From: Lophium mytilinum | Taxonomy: Eukaryota | Reading direction: 5' to 3' | NCBI GenBank assembly: GCA_010093605.1 | Contig: MU004198.1 | Coordinates: 746,726-810,725 of the forward strand | DNA: 64,000 bases | In this document: positions 37,408 through 49,894 of the stretch, piece after piece | Numbering within the stretch: position 1 is the stretch's first letter | Layout: every line of letters begins with the position of its first letter | Program-made: the position numbers and the translations under genes | Notes under the pieces: generated by a model | The model's database searches: none | Told to the model about the DNA's origin: nothing | Seen by the model: only the letters and a program-made list of their open reading frames with translations

Positions 37408-39307
37408 ATGGAGGAGCCGGTGAGCCAGCGGAGCGCACTGCACTGTCCGGTGTGTCAAAAGCTCTACACAAACGCTTCCAACTGTAAGAGACTACCGACG
37501 AAGCGAATTGACCCGGTTTGACATCATGTAGCACGAGCTAAGAGTAGGCATATCTCATACTGCCGCAAGAAACACCAATCAGGCCCCCTACCTAGAAGGA
37601 AGGCATGTGATGAATGTGTGCGGTCTAAAGTCCGCTGCAGCTCGGGTCCTAGATGCTGCTCTCGATGCGCTTCAAGGGGCATCTCATGTAGTTATCAAGA
37701 TACCCTGAACGGCCAAAATGCAGCCAACCTGGTCTCTGAAGCACATAGCGGTAGCCTTACGCGAGCCGCCTCCTTGCAGCTCACCGGCGTAGCCCCTGTC
37801 AACACCCCGGCCCAGTCTTTGAACGGTTTTATGCGCGGCATCGACAGTCCTTCTGTGGAGACTGAAGAGACATGCAGAAATAACAGTCCTTCCATTACGA
37901 ATTATACTTGGGATCATCAGATATTCGGACCTGAGTGTTCATATGTGTCTGACCTAACGACAGACTTTGGTCCAGTTGAAGGAAACCCTCTCGGATCTCA
38001 TGTCGACGCCTCTAGCATTAGCGGCGAGGCACAGTCACAGCTTGCGTCCAATGCTATTACCCTGTCAGAGCAATCACTTCAATCGTCATTCTCCATTCCA
38101 GCATCGCTGTCTTATCAAGATCCTTCCTCATTGTTTGAACGGCGCAAGTTCTCAGAGCCAGAGCTTGAGCTTACTGGCGACCTCGCACTGCACATTCTTC
38201 GCTCCTACCCATACATGATGGCCAACCAGGGCTCTGTTCCTCCTTTCATCCACCCGAAATACCAGTATTTGTCTGAAAGTGACACGGCACGTCCAAATCC
38301 TCTCGATGCAGCCCTGAACTTAGCAAAGATGTTGCTGCATGGCCGACGTATGAACAAGAGCTTGATCTGGGGATTGATTCGAATCGAACAGGAACGACTG
38401 CTTAACGAGGTACGTAGTGAGCCCCTCTATGCCAGGGCTCGGAAGCAATTAATGCAATCACACCCTCCGGTTGACCTGGGGCCAACAGTAGGGTCGTACC
38501 ACCGTGCACGGTAGTTCTTGAGGTGCAAGATCAATTCAATCGCACCCTCTGGTTAATTGATTCCGAGCTCTGCCTCAATCCGCGCTGGCAGTTAGGTGAA
38601 ACTAGATTACTGACCAGAGCCACTGCCAAATAGTACCCCAGCTTTAGCAAGTGGGAGGTTCTGGAGACGTTGCAAGCTCTCGTTATCTACATCCTCCTGA
38701 GGATTATCGAGGGACGCCATGACTATACCAACTTTGATACCCAGCTTCTGGCTTCAATTAATGTGAGCAGACATGGTACAAACCCTTAAAAAGCCCAATT
38801 TACCATACTCACGAAAAGAAATGTAAAGGCGATATGCAGGCACATCACCTCCAAATATGGTAATCTCATCAGCCCTGATGAACTTAGAGGTCGAATGATC
38901 TCATGGAAGGACTGGGTATTTTTCGAATCGCGTCGTCGGTAAGTGTTATACGAGACGGATATCCCCAGGTTAAACAGGCCTAGCTGACACGATTCATAAG
39001 AACTGCAACTGCTGTGCTTATTATAAACAGCATTATACACGCACAAATCACGACACCGTCCCAGGCCATGCCCGAGTATCCCTACTCGCCTGCACCGTCC
39101 CCTATCACGATGTGGCGTGCCGAGAACGAATTTGACTGGACCGTCGACTATACAGAATACCTACATAAGAACATGATGTATGGCATGCTCAGAAACGGCG
39201 ACCTTGTTAAGTTGAAGGAAGCAGCCGGAAGCCATCACGATAGGTGGTATGCTTATGCCGACTCGTTTGGCCTTCTAGTTACCTTAGTGGCAAACATGAT
39301 CAATTGA
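37408..39307 (+). CDS. Zn2Cys6 transcription factor with N-terminal C2HC-type finger
   Basis: Exon 1 CPVCQKLY and intron 37484-37531 lead to RHISYC..RRKACDECVRSKVRCSSGPRCCSRCASRGISC. Later motifs are PPFIHP, LQALVIY, WVFFESRRR and DSFGLLV. Confidence 0.88.
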
Positions 39308-39809
39308 AGAAGCAAGTTTGCTGTGCAATGCGAAAGGCGTAACGGTTATATCACTTTAACCTCCGAAATTGTTCTTGATTACTTTGATCTGCCCACTGCC
39401 GTGGTCTGGACGGCGACTGACTCGGATTGGTCTATGATGACACAGGTGACTACCGCACAGCAGTGTTGGGACTCTACGAGGGGAAACGGGCTCAGCTATT
39501 TTCAGTACGAGGATTATATATCAAGAGAATATGTCGCCGCCAACTTGCATGTGGGTACTATCTCCTAGATGTTATCACAGTTATTAATAAGCATCTAGAA
39601 CATATTTTGAGATGTAAGTAGACAGTATTATGAAAGATTGGTTTTTAGTGAGGTCTAGAAGATTCACGCAAGGAAAACGCTCAAAGGATACTACAGAGTG
39701 AGTTATATAAGACGTATTGCGCTGCGATAAATGGGCTATTATAATCCGCTTATGAATCCGCCATCTCTAAACCCTCGATACACCCTAGGCGCACCAAATA
39801 CTAACTCAG

Positions 39810-41317
39810 TCAGTAGTCCTCACCACGGCTAATGACTTCCTTCACGGTGGGTCGGAGCAAGATCGTCTTTAAGCTTTATTAGGAGGTATATTTCAAGCGC
39901 ACCAAGACGACTACTCACGTGCTCAAACTGGGCTGTATACGACCCCTTCTTGTCAACCAACGGCGGGTAGTCCTCAACAATCCCGGATTTGACGAGACTA
40001 TTCAGCTGCACACTTGTCAACTACTTCACATGGATACTCTAGCAAGTAGGCATCTCATACCCCGAGTAGATACTTCTCCTGCCCAATCCTATCCAAATAG
40101 CGTCGGCAAAACGGAAGAGTGCCAAAATTCTTCGTGATAGTACTCAACAGCGTCTTAGCCGACAACAACCGCAAGTCCACCTTCGGCGCATCCCTACGTA
40201 GCGCATAATGCGAGACTTCGCCTTGATCGACACATCGGCCATTACCCGTGCTACCGAACGTCTCAATAGCAAAGACGTCACCTTCCTCCATCTTCGTCGT
40301 GTCGTTCGTCTTGACCGCGGGCACGCTCTTCGTGCCGTGGATGCTATACGGTAAGATAGTATGCCCAGCGAGGCTACGAATCGCCTTGATGGGGTAAGTC
40401 GTCCCATTGATCTCACACTCGTAGCTCTCCATCGCCTCCTGGATATACCCACCCAGCTCACCGAGACGCACGTCGATCCCTGCTTCGCGGACGCCGGTAT
40501 TCGTCGCGTCTTTCACCGCGGCGAGGAGGTTGTCGTACATGGGATCGAACGACATCGTGAAGGCGCTGTCGACGATACGGCCATTTACGTGGACGCCGAT
40601 GTCAACTTTCATGACGTTGTTCTGCTGCAGCACGGTCTTGCAGCCAGCGTTTGGGCTGTAGTGGGCCGCGATGTTGTCGAGGTTCAGGCCGGTTGGGAAA
40701 CCCATGCCGGCGATTAGAGCGTCGCCTTCAGAGAGGCCATTGTGGCCGACTAGACGGCGTACGCTGTCTTCGATACCGTTCGCGATCTCGGTGAGGGTCT
40801 GACCTGGCTTGATGTGCTTTTGTGCCCATTGGCGAACCTGGCGATGCGTCTCGGCTGCTTGGCGGTAGTCGGAGAGGAAGTCGCTGTTGATATTATCTAG
40901 ATGGCGCTTTTCTTCGTTGGTGGTGCGATAGCGGTTGTCATCTTTGTATTCGACCTCTTCGCCTCTGGGGTAGGTGTTGTTTGGGAATAGGTGGGATATG
41001 AGGATTGATGGAGGTTCGGTCTGAACTGTTGGAACTGCCTTCTTCTTCTTGGGCTTCCTCTTTTTGTTCTTCTTTTTCTTCGCAGCAGTGGGTTCAGAGA
41101 CATGTTCGTCAACGTTGTCATCCGATCGTTCCCCAGAGTGTTCTGTAGCATCCCCGTTTGTAGGTCCGTTAGCACCGGTGGAGCTGTTGAGCGTGTCAGA
41201 GTCTTCTACTAGACAATCATCTATTAGTAAACTTCGCGACCCAATACATCGAGGAGACACGAGATATAGCACACCACTGAACATCTCGAGCTCATCAACT
41301 GAGGTTTTAGCAGCCAT
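39810..41317 (-). CDS. MAP2: Methionine aminopeptidase type 2
   Basis: Poly-Lys N-terminal tract, [50 protein letters not shown] and ISRGEDY*. All five metal ligands are present. Confidence 0.96.
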
Positions 41318-41636
41318 TTTGACGAACTGAATAATCTTTGTGAAATTTGGTGGAAGGAGATCGGTCAACTTTGGCGCCAGCTGTGTTCCTGCCAGATTTT
41401 AAAGATTTAGAAGCTGACGTCGCCACATGGTTCTATGCCGTATTCGATGGTCGGAGTTCAACACCGACAACCTCATTCGGATTTTAGCGAGGCGGGGCTG
41501 ACTTCTTAAACGACACTTCTGTGCTTTGACTTACACAAAACCTACCAACAACATTGTTGTGTGCTTCCATCTCTCCGGCGGCCCCTCTTTCTGTTGCCGC
41601 TGCATTGGATCCCAGAAGACAACAAGCCCTGGTACG
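41318..41636. promoter_or_regulatory. Probable bidirectional promoter shared by MetAP2 and MetAP1
   Basis: 319 bp separate the divergent ATGs. Contains TCGG-N9-CCGA at 41451-41467 and a TGACGTC CRE-like site near 41415. Confidence 0.55.
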
Positions 41637-43061
41637 ATGGACGACATGTCATCAGAACCGCCATCCAAGAGAAAGTGTCTAGGAACAGACTGTGAAAACG
41701 ATGCGGGAGCTTTACAGTGCCCGACGTGTCTGAAGCTGGGCATTAAAGACAGCTATTTCTGCTCCCAAGATTGCTTCAAGAGAAACTGGGTTTGGTTCCG
41801 TATTCGCTGCGTGCTAGGAATTTAGGCTGACAAATCACGTGATGAAGAACCAACATAAGACCATCCATAAAACAGTGCAAGGCAATACTCAGAATGGTAT
41901 GACCCGCAGGAGAATTCCTTGAAGATTGTCTCTAAGATCGATCTAGTGACCAGAACTTACAATCCTTTTCCAACGCATTCATTCACCGGCCCTGTCCGAC
42001 CAGTCTATCCGCTTTCTGCGAAGCGCAGCGTCCCGAAGTCGATAAATCACCCTGACTGGGCCGAAACCGGCATACCAAAAGGTGAAAAGCGCTTGAGTAA
42101 GACGAAAATCGACATTTTAGATGCCAAAGGGCAAGAGGCGATGCGCAAGGTGTGCAGATTAGCTCGAGAAGTCCTTGACATCACCGCCGCAGAGCTGAAA
42201 CCGGGCATTACCACCGATTATCTTGATGAGATCTGCCATAACGCTTGCGTGGAACGGAACGTAAGCTTGGCTAGCCTATGGACGATGTTTAGTACTCCTA
42301 ACCTTGACAGTCATATCCTTCTCCCTTGAACTACAATCACTTCCCCAAATCGCTGTGTACTTCTCCGAACGAAGTCGTGTGCCACGGGATTCCTGACCAG
42401 AGAGTTCTTCTAGATGGCGATATTCTCAATCTTGACATCTCGATATACCACGAGGGCTATCACGCTGACCTCAACGAAACATACTACGTAGGCGATCGGG
42501 CCAAAGCGGATCCAGATTCAGTCCGGGTCATTGAAACGACCCGGGAATGCCTAGACAAGGCGATTGAACTCGTGAAGCCCGGCACGCCCATCCGAGAGTT
42601 CGGCAAGGTCATTGAGAAGCATGCCAAGTCCAGAAATTGTAGTGTCGTTGCGACCTGGGGTGGCCATGGCATCAACACTGAGTTCCATCCCCCGCCGTGG
42701 ATACCCCATTATGCCAAAAATAGGGCGGTGGGAGTGTGCAAGCCCGGGATGACTTTCACGATCGAGCCTATTCTTACGCTTGGGAAGCCGAGCGAAGTCT
42801 ATTGGCCGGATGATTGGACGAACGCCACTGTTGATGGCAAGAGGACTGCTCAATTTGGTGCGTATAGAAAGTTTTCGCGTATAAAAGGTTCTTCGCGAAG
42901 TCGGGCCAAAGGCTAACAAGCGTGCAGAACATACTTTACTTGTCACAGAAACAGGCGTCGAGGTCTTGACTGCGGCGAACGAAAATTCGCCTGGAGGTGC
43001 TATACCGTTGCCGACGGCTCCGAATGAGACAGCAAAAGCTGATGGCAGATCCACGGTATAG
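41637..43061 (+). CDS. MAP1: Methionine aminopeptidase type 1 with N-terminal zinc finger
   Basis: CLGTDC..LQCPTCLKLG..FCSQDCFKRNW zinc finger, YPSPLNY..FPKSLCTSPNEVVCHGIPD, NLDIS..HADLNETY, GHG, FTIEP, WPDDWT and AQF/EHTLLVT. Confidence 0.96.
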
Positions 43062-43562
43062 CTCGACTTGTCGATGTCGCGTTGAACGTCACAGCAGGGT
43101 AGGGAGTACTAGGTGAACCAGTCATAGGGTATATATTTTAAAGTATTGTGGCTGCACTTCATCCGTCCTCTCTATCTCTTCACCGCCAAAGCTCTCAAAC
43201 ATTCCTATAGAAAGACAGAAAGATTCATAAGCCATGGTTCTGAGATCAATAGCGTGAGCGCGTTGTTGCAGTCGCGGCTGCGGTGAGCAAGTTAGGTGAG
43301 ATGCTCAATGAATGCGCAGCTTTAGAAGTGATGTTGATTGCCTGGGGCAGGTGTGAAAGCGCGGGGACACTCCGGGCCGAGCGCCGCGATATTTAAGGTT
43401 TGTTTGTGTGATGTCACAAATAAGGGTACTTATACCTTTTATTTTCCGGTGGTCCAATGTTGATAGGAGAAGTGGATCACTCAGTGGTTCAACAGTCATG
43501 ATTTCTCCTTGACGCCTGGGTTAAAAATGTACTAACGTCGTTGAACCGCCCACCCCTCTCAC

Positions 43563-43675
43563 ACCTTTATGGTGTGGAGGGTTAGAGGTTTTGTAGTTCG
43601 ACTCCCAGTGAGGTTGCTTTCTTTTTGCCTTTTTAGAGGTCCTGTAGTTCGACTCCCGGTGAGGTCAATCTTTTT
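43563..43675 (+). pseudogene. tRNA-derived fragment with tandemly duplicated 3' half; no anticodon arm
   Basis: A-box-like TGGTGTGGAGGG, then two 33-nt copies (43582-43614, 43633-43665) of TTAGAGGTYYTGTAGTTCGACTCCCRGTGAGGT. Each copy has a B-box-like GTTCGACTCC and a downstream T-run. Confidence 0.65.
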
Positions 43676-44363
43676 CCCTTCCCTAAAAAGGGTTTCCCCT
43701 TTACGCGTAAACCTAATAGAACACGTCTAATATAACCAACTCTCCTACTGTTTTATAGACTTACCGGTGCCGTTTCTTCTTATTTTAGCGAGCTGAATCA
43801 ATCCTAGTCCAACAAAAGTTGCGACGCTTCAAAGGCTAATACACACACACAGAACCAAAATGTTCCGTACTGGGTGTCACTCTTGCTCACTCGATGCCAC
43901 AGTACACAGTAGCTCGACTAATGCCTTACGGCCTTCTCCGTAGTCTAATTTCCTTACAATGGTCTTTACATCATACTAAAAGCTTCAAAGGTTCGTTTCC
44001 AATCCTGAGCCCTACGCTCAGGGGCAGAACCTCATACTCTGACTGACTACCTAATTCACCACCATGAAACGCCCTCGAAACCCCTGTCGCCTGCCGCCCA
44101 GCCTATTCAATAAGCTGCTCAATAGTGAACAATAGCAAGCTGCCGCCCGCGATCCCACAGGCTACGTATAATTTCCCGCGAGCAACGCACATCCACCTCC
44201 ACCTCGACGAAGCTACATCACCACCACCACGGTCATCCTCCTTGTAAATAGACCACCACAATACAGTCCCTCCCTTTTCCTCCATATTTAACAAGAAATT
44301 CAGACTCTTCTGTTCCTCGCTGCCTCCTCTCACCAAAGTTGCTCAACATCGTCATCTCCCACG

Positions 44364-46113
44364 ATGGCTCTGGGACCGGATTCGAACGCCATCAAAGGCG
44401 GCAAGACCCTCTCCATGATGCGCCCTGATGGTGAAGAGCTCGCGGGATTGGCAATGGGCGGTCAGGGCGCAAGGGGCAAGCCTGGCGGCAAGAATGCGAA
44501 GGGCAGAGCCAAGGGCAAGGGCAAGGCCAGATACAAGGCCACCAAGCAGCATCAGCCGGCCACCACCACCAACACAACCGCTCTAGCCCCTACCAGCAAC
44601 AAGGCCGAAGCCATAAACGAGGCTCTGGAGCATCACCCCGTCACCACTGACGTCGACAGTGCTCCCAGCTCCACCGCCTCCACCATCCACACGACCACCT
44701 CTATCAACAACATCGACCTATTCACCCTCGACCGCAACCGCAACCAAAACAACCTCAACCCCTTCCTCAAACCCTCCCCCTACGCTGCAACCCAGTCCTT
44801 CGAAGCCCACGAGCCTCCTTCTTCCATCTCATCCCCCTTCTACGACTGCTCACCAACCATCACCAACCGCTACGGCGTCATTGACCCCAGCATCAACGGT
44901 AGCGTCTCCATCTCCGCCTCCCCTAGCAGCAGCGGCATCGGCCATCTCGACGGCCCGACAATGCAGGGCCTGCGCGATCATCGTAGCGGATGGGGCGCGG
45001 GTCCGGCTGTCGACTGGGATGGTGCAAGCTCTACTCGACGAGGCGAGCTAGCAGATCCAATGGATATGGAGATGCAGTACGCGCCGGGCCTACCGACGCG
45101 ATATGTGCCACCATCGCCGCCTACGAGCGTCAATGGGGAGGGCGATGTGAATAACAACGGTGCTGGGCAGGGTCGGATCCCCCAGCGTGCTTACCACAGC
45201 ACTCCGCCGCTGAGCGAACCTGGAAGCGAGATATCAGAGGGTGCTGAGACGACTCTGATTCGGCGCCGTGTGGAGCTAGCGACGGGGATGGTGTGGTCGC
45301 CGACTGAGGCACCTTGCCCTCCTCATTGCGCGATGACACTGCTTTCCCCTTGTTCTCTTGGAGATGGAGAAGCTCGTGAACAGGGTCTCAAGCGTCGCAT
45401 GTCGTCGGGGGTGAGTGCGCACCTCACTGAGTGCTCCGACTACGACATGATGACTGAAGCCGGGACTTCGAAGTCTAAAACGTCCAAGAAGTCCAAAAAA
45501 TCCAAGAAGTCGCAGCGCATGTCGTCCCCGTCGCACCCGGAGTCCTACTACCCAATCCATACTATTCTCGAGGTCAGCCCTCGTATCATAGAGGCAATGG
45601 TTTCCTTGAGGTATTTTCAGCGCCTGCAGCTGAAATATATGCTGGAGGACCTGGCATGCACGCTAGGTCCGCTCGTTGGCGAGCAGCTGAATGAGGAAAC
45701 TTACAAGACGGCCCTGTTCACCATCCGAACACAAACGGCGCAGTTGCTCAACTTTCTAGCCAGCATACTTTGCGCTCCGGCCGCATCTGGGAAGTATAGC
45801 CTGGCCATGGAGTCTCTTACCAAAGCACTTGCAGAGATTGTCCTCCTAGTAACTAAACTCTGGGGTGGCGAGCATGAACAACCCATGGATCTTGATGATC
45901 CCGCGGAGAGTGCTAGAAACAAGGTTGCTTACGAGGAGACTCCCTTGTGCCTGGCCGATCTGAGGACGGCGCTGGCGAACTTGATCATCTGCATGAACGA
46001 CGCTGAGGGGCGGACTCATCGGTCCGGTCGCCAAACTGGACAGGTCGAAGGTATGTCTGGAAAGTTTGTCTAAGTACTCGTGGACTCATCTGCTAACTCA
46101 CCATACAGTTTAA
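44364..46113 (+). CDS. Orphan protein: basic/disordered N-terminal region, helical C-terminal domain
   Basis: 569-codon ORF. A probable terminal intron at 46051-46108 (GTATGT..GCTAAC..CAG) puts the stop at 46111-46113. K-rich NLS-like tracts. Confidence 0.7.
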
Positions 46114-46446
46114 ACTCCGGCCATCCTCATCCTCCTCCTCCTCTAGTGCGAACGGTTCTCGACCAACGGTTCGACGGCTTCTAATCCTTCACGATGGAAA
46201 AGAAGCCGCCTCTGAAAAATGGCTAGTTTGCACCAATTGTCCTCATGCGGTTCGAACTTACTCGATGAACAGGGGATTTTCTGGCTGGGGATTTCTTATT
46301 GTTTACGGGGGAGATAGATCATAGGGAAAATCACTTTGTAACACCCTTTGATGGGCCCAAGTATTGAAGCTGTGTGATTTGCAGTGATATCAAGCTCCTA
46401 GAGCATCTCTTTCGTTCCCAGAACTCAAATCAACATCCCTAGTACC

Positions 46447-47313
46447 TCAAGTCGCTCCCAACCTTCGCAGCTCATTCCTGTACCTATCCTGCTCTCGAAT
46501 CCACGCAGCTTGCACCAGGCTATAACCCTTCTCAAAGTTCTTATCGCACTTCCAGACAACTTCCCAAAAAATCCTCGCCATTCCCCCAAGCAGTTCCATC
46601 TTGTTCCCATCTATCTCAATACTCTTCTCATAACCCTCCCTGCCCTTCCCTACACGCAGGTATATCTGCATCTCTACTACATCTTGGTACTCTGCCGGCT
46701 TATCTTCATTATCCCTAAGTATCTGCATCCCCTCCCCATTCCCTATAGCAAGCTCTCCAACAGCTCCCCAGAAGATGTCGGCGTAGGCGGCGAGGTTAAC
46801 TGGGGATGCGCGGTTCGGCCAACCGAGAACGTCGACCGGGGGGTAGGGAACCGGCATCTCCGGAGGTTTCCTAAAGGGACAAGCAAATGTTAGCGTTTGG
46901 GATCTGGGATTGATAGCAAAGGGAAGGGCATAGATGCTAAAGGGAAAGCAGGGGAACATAAGGGTAAGAGAAGGGAAGAAGGCAGAGATTATAAGGGATA
47001 GTTATGGCCTAAGGCTGGGATATTGGGAAGGGAAGGAAACTAACCAGGTGCTGTTTGGGTGACAGTCGATGATTTCTGGGAAGACCCAAACTTCGACGGG
47101 TGGTCCAGGGAGATTGGGGACCGTGGGATGTGCCATGGTGACGTGCCTCCAGAGAGCTGAACTGGTGTGGAACCCCTTCTTCCCGCCGGCAGGACACCAG
47201 TCACAGAAGACCTCACATTTATAAAGTGAGAAGCCGCGGTGAGCGTTGTGTGTCGGCCAATGGACGGGATGGCGGTGGTGGGGATTTCTGTCCATATTGA
47301 TTCGGCAAGGCAT
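46447..47313 (-). CDS. Orphan protein with a single C2H2-type zinc finger
   Basis: CDWC..GFHTSSALWRHVTMAH. Intron 46871-47044 (GTTAGT..GCTAAC..TAG) joins it in frame to W-KPPEMPVPYPP. Confidence 0.7.
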
Positions 47314-48087
47314 TTTCGCAGAGACGCCCACGGTTGTGGAGAGTGTGGGAGTGAGTGAGAGTGAGGACAGGCGTTGGTGAAAAGATCTCAAGGAGCGAAG
47401 AACATTTGGCGCTAAAGATAGTATGAAATTGCGCGCAGTGAATGTTGGAAGTGAACACCGTGATGCTCTCTCAGCCCGCATATGGGAACATTGCCGTCTG
47501 AAGTGACCGACCGACCATCGGCATCCGAGTCACTCTCGCCAGGATGGAGAAAAGACAGAAGTAGTGTCGAGTGAGCAAGATTGAAGTCAAGTAGTAATGA
47601 TTCCGCGTGCTCAGACTCATGGCCCAGTGCTGTATCTTGTTTGGTCCAGCCGGAAAGACATGGACCGCCCAGTGAGTTCAAACGCCTTTTGGAGTGTTGA
47701 ATCCAATTTTCCAAAGTCCTAATCCAGGTTCCCAAAGTCCCAACCCGCGTCCTACATTCCCACGGAGGTTTGGCTCCAGTTACGGCCTTGTGCAGAATGC
47801 CAGCCTTACCCTCACCTGGAGGAGCCCCGGCGATCTAGGCAACCTCCTCTTAACGCCAAATCTCGGGCCTGATTCCGAGACCCGCTGACAAGAAAGGACT
47901 TTTTCGACGTAAATGATATAGAGAGAAGACTGTCTGTGCGCGACGGATGGAGCATTGAGGAGTTACGTCTCCTTTGCCTACTGTTGGTATGAGAAAAAGC
48001 AATGGGTTTGAAGAATGAGTGAGAAGCCAGACGGTGCCAAAGAGTTATACGTGCTGCTCCGAAAAAGTGTAGACCTCTGGTTCGGGG

Positions 48088-48170
48088 AGCAAAACCTGGA
48101 GCCCATAGAAGTGAGCCCATGACCCAGAACCTTCAGGTAGCAAAACCTGGGGCTCACCGTTGTGAGCCCA
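48088..48170. repeat. Two 32-bp direct repeats, the second with a perfect hairpin
   Basis: AGCAAAACCTGGRGCYCA..GTGAGCCCA at 48088-48119 and 48139-48170. Stem-loop GGGCTCAC-CGTT-GTGAGCCC at 48150-48169. Confidence 0.65.
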
Positions 48171-49474
48171 CCGCCTTTTGGTGGCCGCTGGCGAATTCCC
48201 TGGGAAGAAGCTTTTTGGAGCGATTGGTCCGCAGACCATTTGGATTTTGTTGTTGTGAGATGCTTTGAAAATAAAATGAATATATACACTACCCCAAAGA
48301 GCAAATTACCAGAACCGTGCACCTCACATACTGCCAAGCCACATTCTCCTACTTTGCGGCGTTGCAACTAGCTCTACACAGATTTGCTCGAGCTGGTTAC
48401 TAGGAAGGTACGCGTTTTACTATTTTTGAGCGACGTATCCTCGCAAACACCAGGGTCAGCCTATATACTGAGCGGCGCCTGAAAAACTTCGAAGAACGTA
48501 TCTATCGCTAGTCACATTCGGGACTAATATACCATTTTTTAAGCAAATGAAGATGGAAGACCCCTTTTTACCGGTCACGTGAGTTACACACTTCCAGATC
48601 ACAGAGCGTCTGAGAACTAAAGACATTATAGTGATGGCCACACAAACAGGCTATTGCGCCGTAGGAATATCCCTTGCTGCTATAAAGCATCTAAGTGAGC
48701 TATCGCCCATAGATCGCAAGTTTTTATTCCGATGAGCGGTTCGAGTCTTTAAGCCTTGGTCAATATCCACTCTGAGCTCGATGACATTCGAGTTTCGCTT
48801 GAGCAGAGCGGCAGCGCCGTCGTCGGCTCGCGTTATAGCTTTACGTCGGAGTCTATGGTGTAGTCTTGACCTCGAGTTCGATGCCCGTCACATATATTTC
48901 GTTGCTGATTCGCACGCAAGAAGTCGTTCAATAATTTTACTAGCTTCAGAATTAGCACGCAGCAAAGCCCTGATTCGGAGTTTCACGAATACTTAGATAT
49001 GGTTTCAATATCCACGCACATGCATGAGGCTACTCACATATTCTCAGCCCATTGGTAGGTTCTATCTCCCTATGCCTTTTTTACCGCGCGCTAGGATCAT
49101 TGCATCCAGTCAGTTGACAAGGCCTGCGTAGTTCGGTATACGCCAAACCGCTTGTTACGTTAAGGATGAAAAGTCACGCAAACGTAACAGGAAACAAACA
49201 TGGTAGGAGAGCGACTTTTAAGGCAGCCGGAACCCTCTTCCAAACCCATCCAGGCCCTATGTACAGCGAGAAGAGAACAGTCCGGGCATGAGACACCAAA
49301 TGCCCCACCTTGATGGTTCGCGGCATCATTTTTGGAATAGATGGCGTCAATTCGCATCTTCGACAGTATTCATCCCTCGTAGCGCTTTAACCAATATCCA
49401 CATTGCGACCCGTCATTTCATCGGGTAACACACAGTATGCAGCACAAACCCCCACTCCCAGCCTATGCGCCACT

Positions 49475-49894
49475 CTATCGGCCAGGCAGACCCCCCGCTT
49501 GTGCCATGGCGGCATTCTGCTCCTGGAAACGCTCTCCTAACCGCCCTTGGCTCTTGAGGTGTTTGTCGACGCAGCGCATGACGCAGCTTTCTTCCCGCGA
49601 AGTAAGCGACTTGGTCTCGAAGCTGTTGATGCAGCTGTTGAAGCAGTTCTGGACGAGGTTCGAGTAGACCTAGGCGCCGGATCCGTCAGTGGTAGTCTTC
49701 GTGCCGGAATGGGACGGGGAAGAGTGATGTCCGGCATTGAGCATTTGAGGTAGGGCTAAGACTGTCTTACGTTCATAAACTCCTTCATCTGCTTCTTCTC
49801 CATGCGGCTCTGCAGCTCACGCTGTTCTTGTTGGTTGAGTCTGGGATTGGTTAGACGGGCGGCGGACAAGGGGAGGCGGTACGCACGCGTCCAT
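49475..49894 (-). CDS. TIM9: Mitochondrial intermembrane-space chaperone Tim9
   Basis: Three exons (introns 49841-49886 and 49670-49770) give [72 protein letters not shown], with a twin CX3C motif. The ORF track misses it. Confidence 0.95.

Noticed and set aside
43563..43667. Functional tRNA gene
   Set aside because: The anticodon arm is missing and the T-stem pairs poorly, so it is kept only as a fragment.
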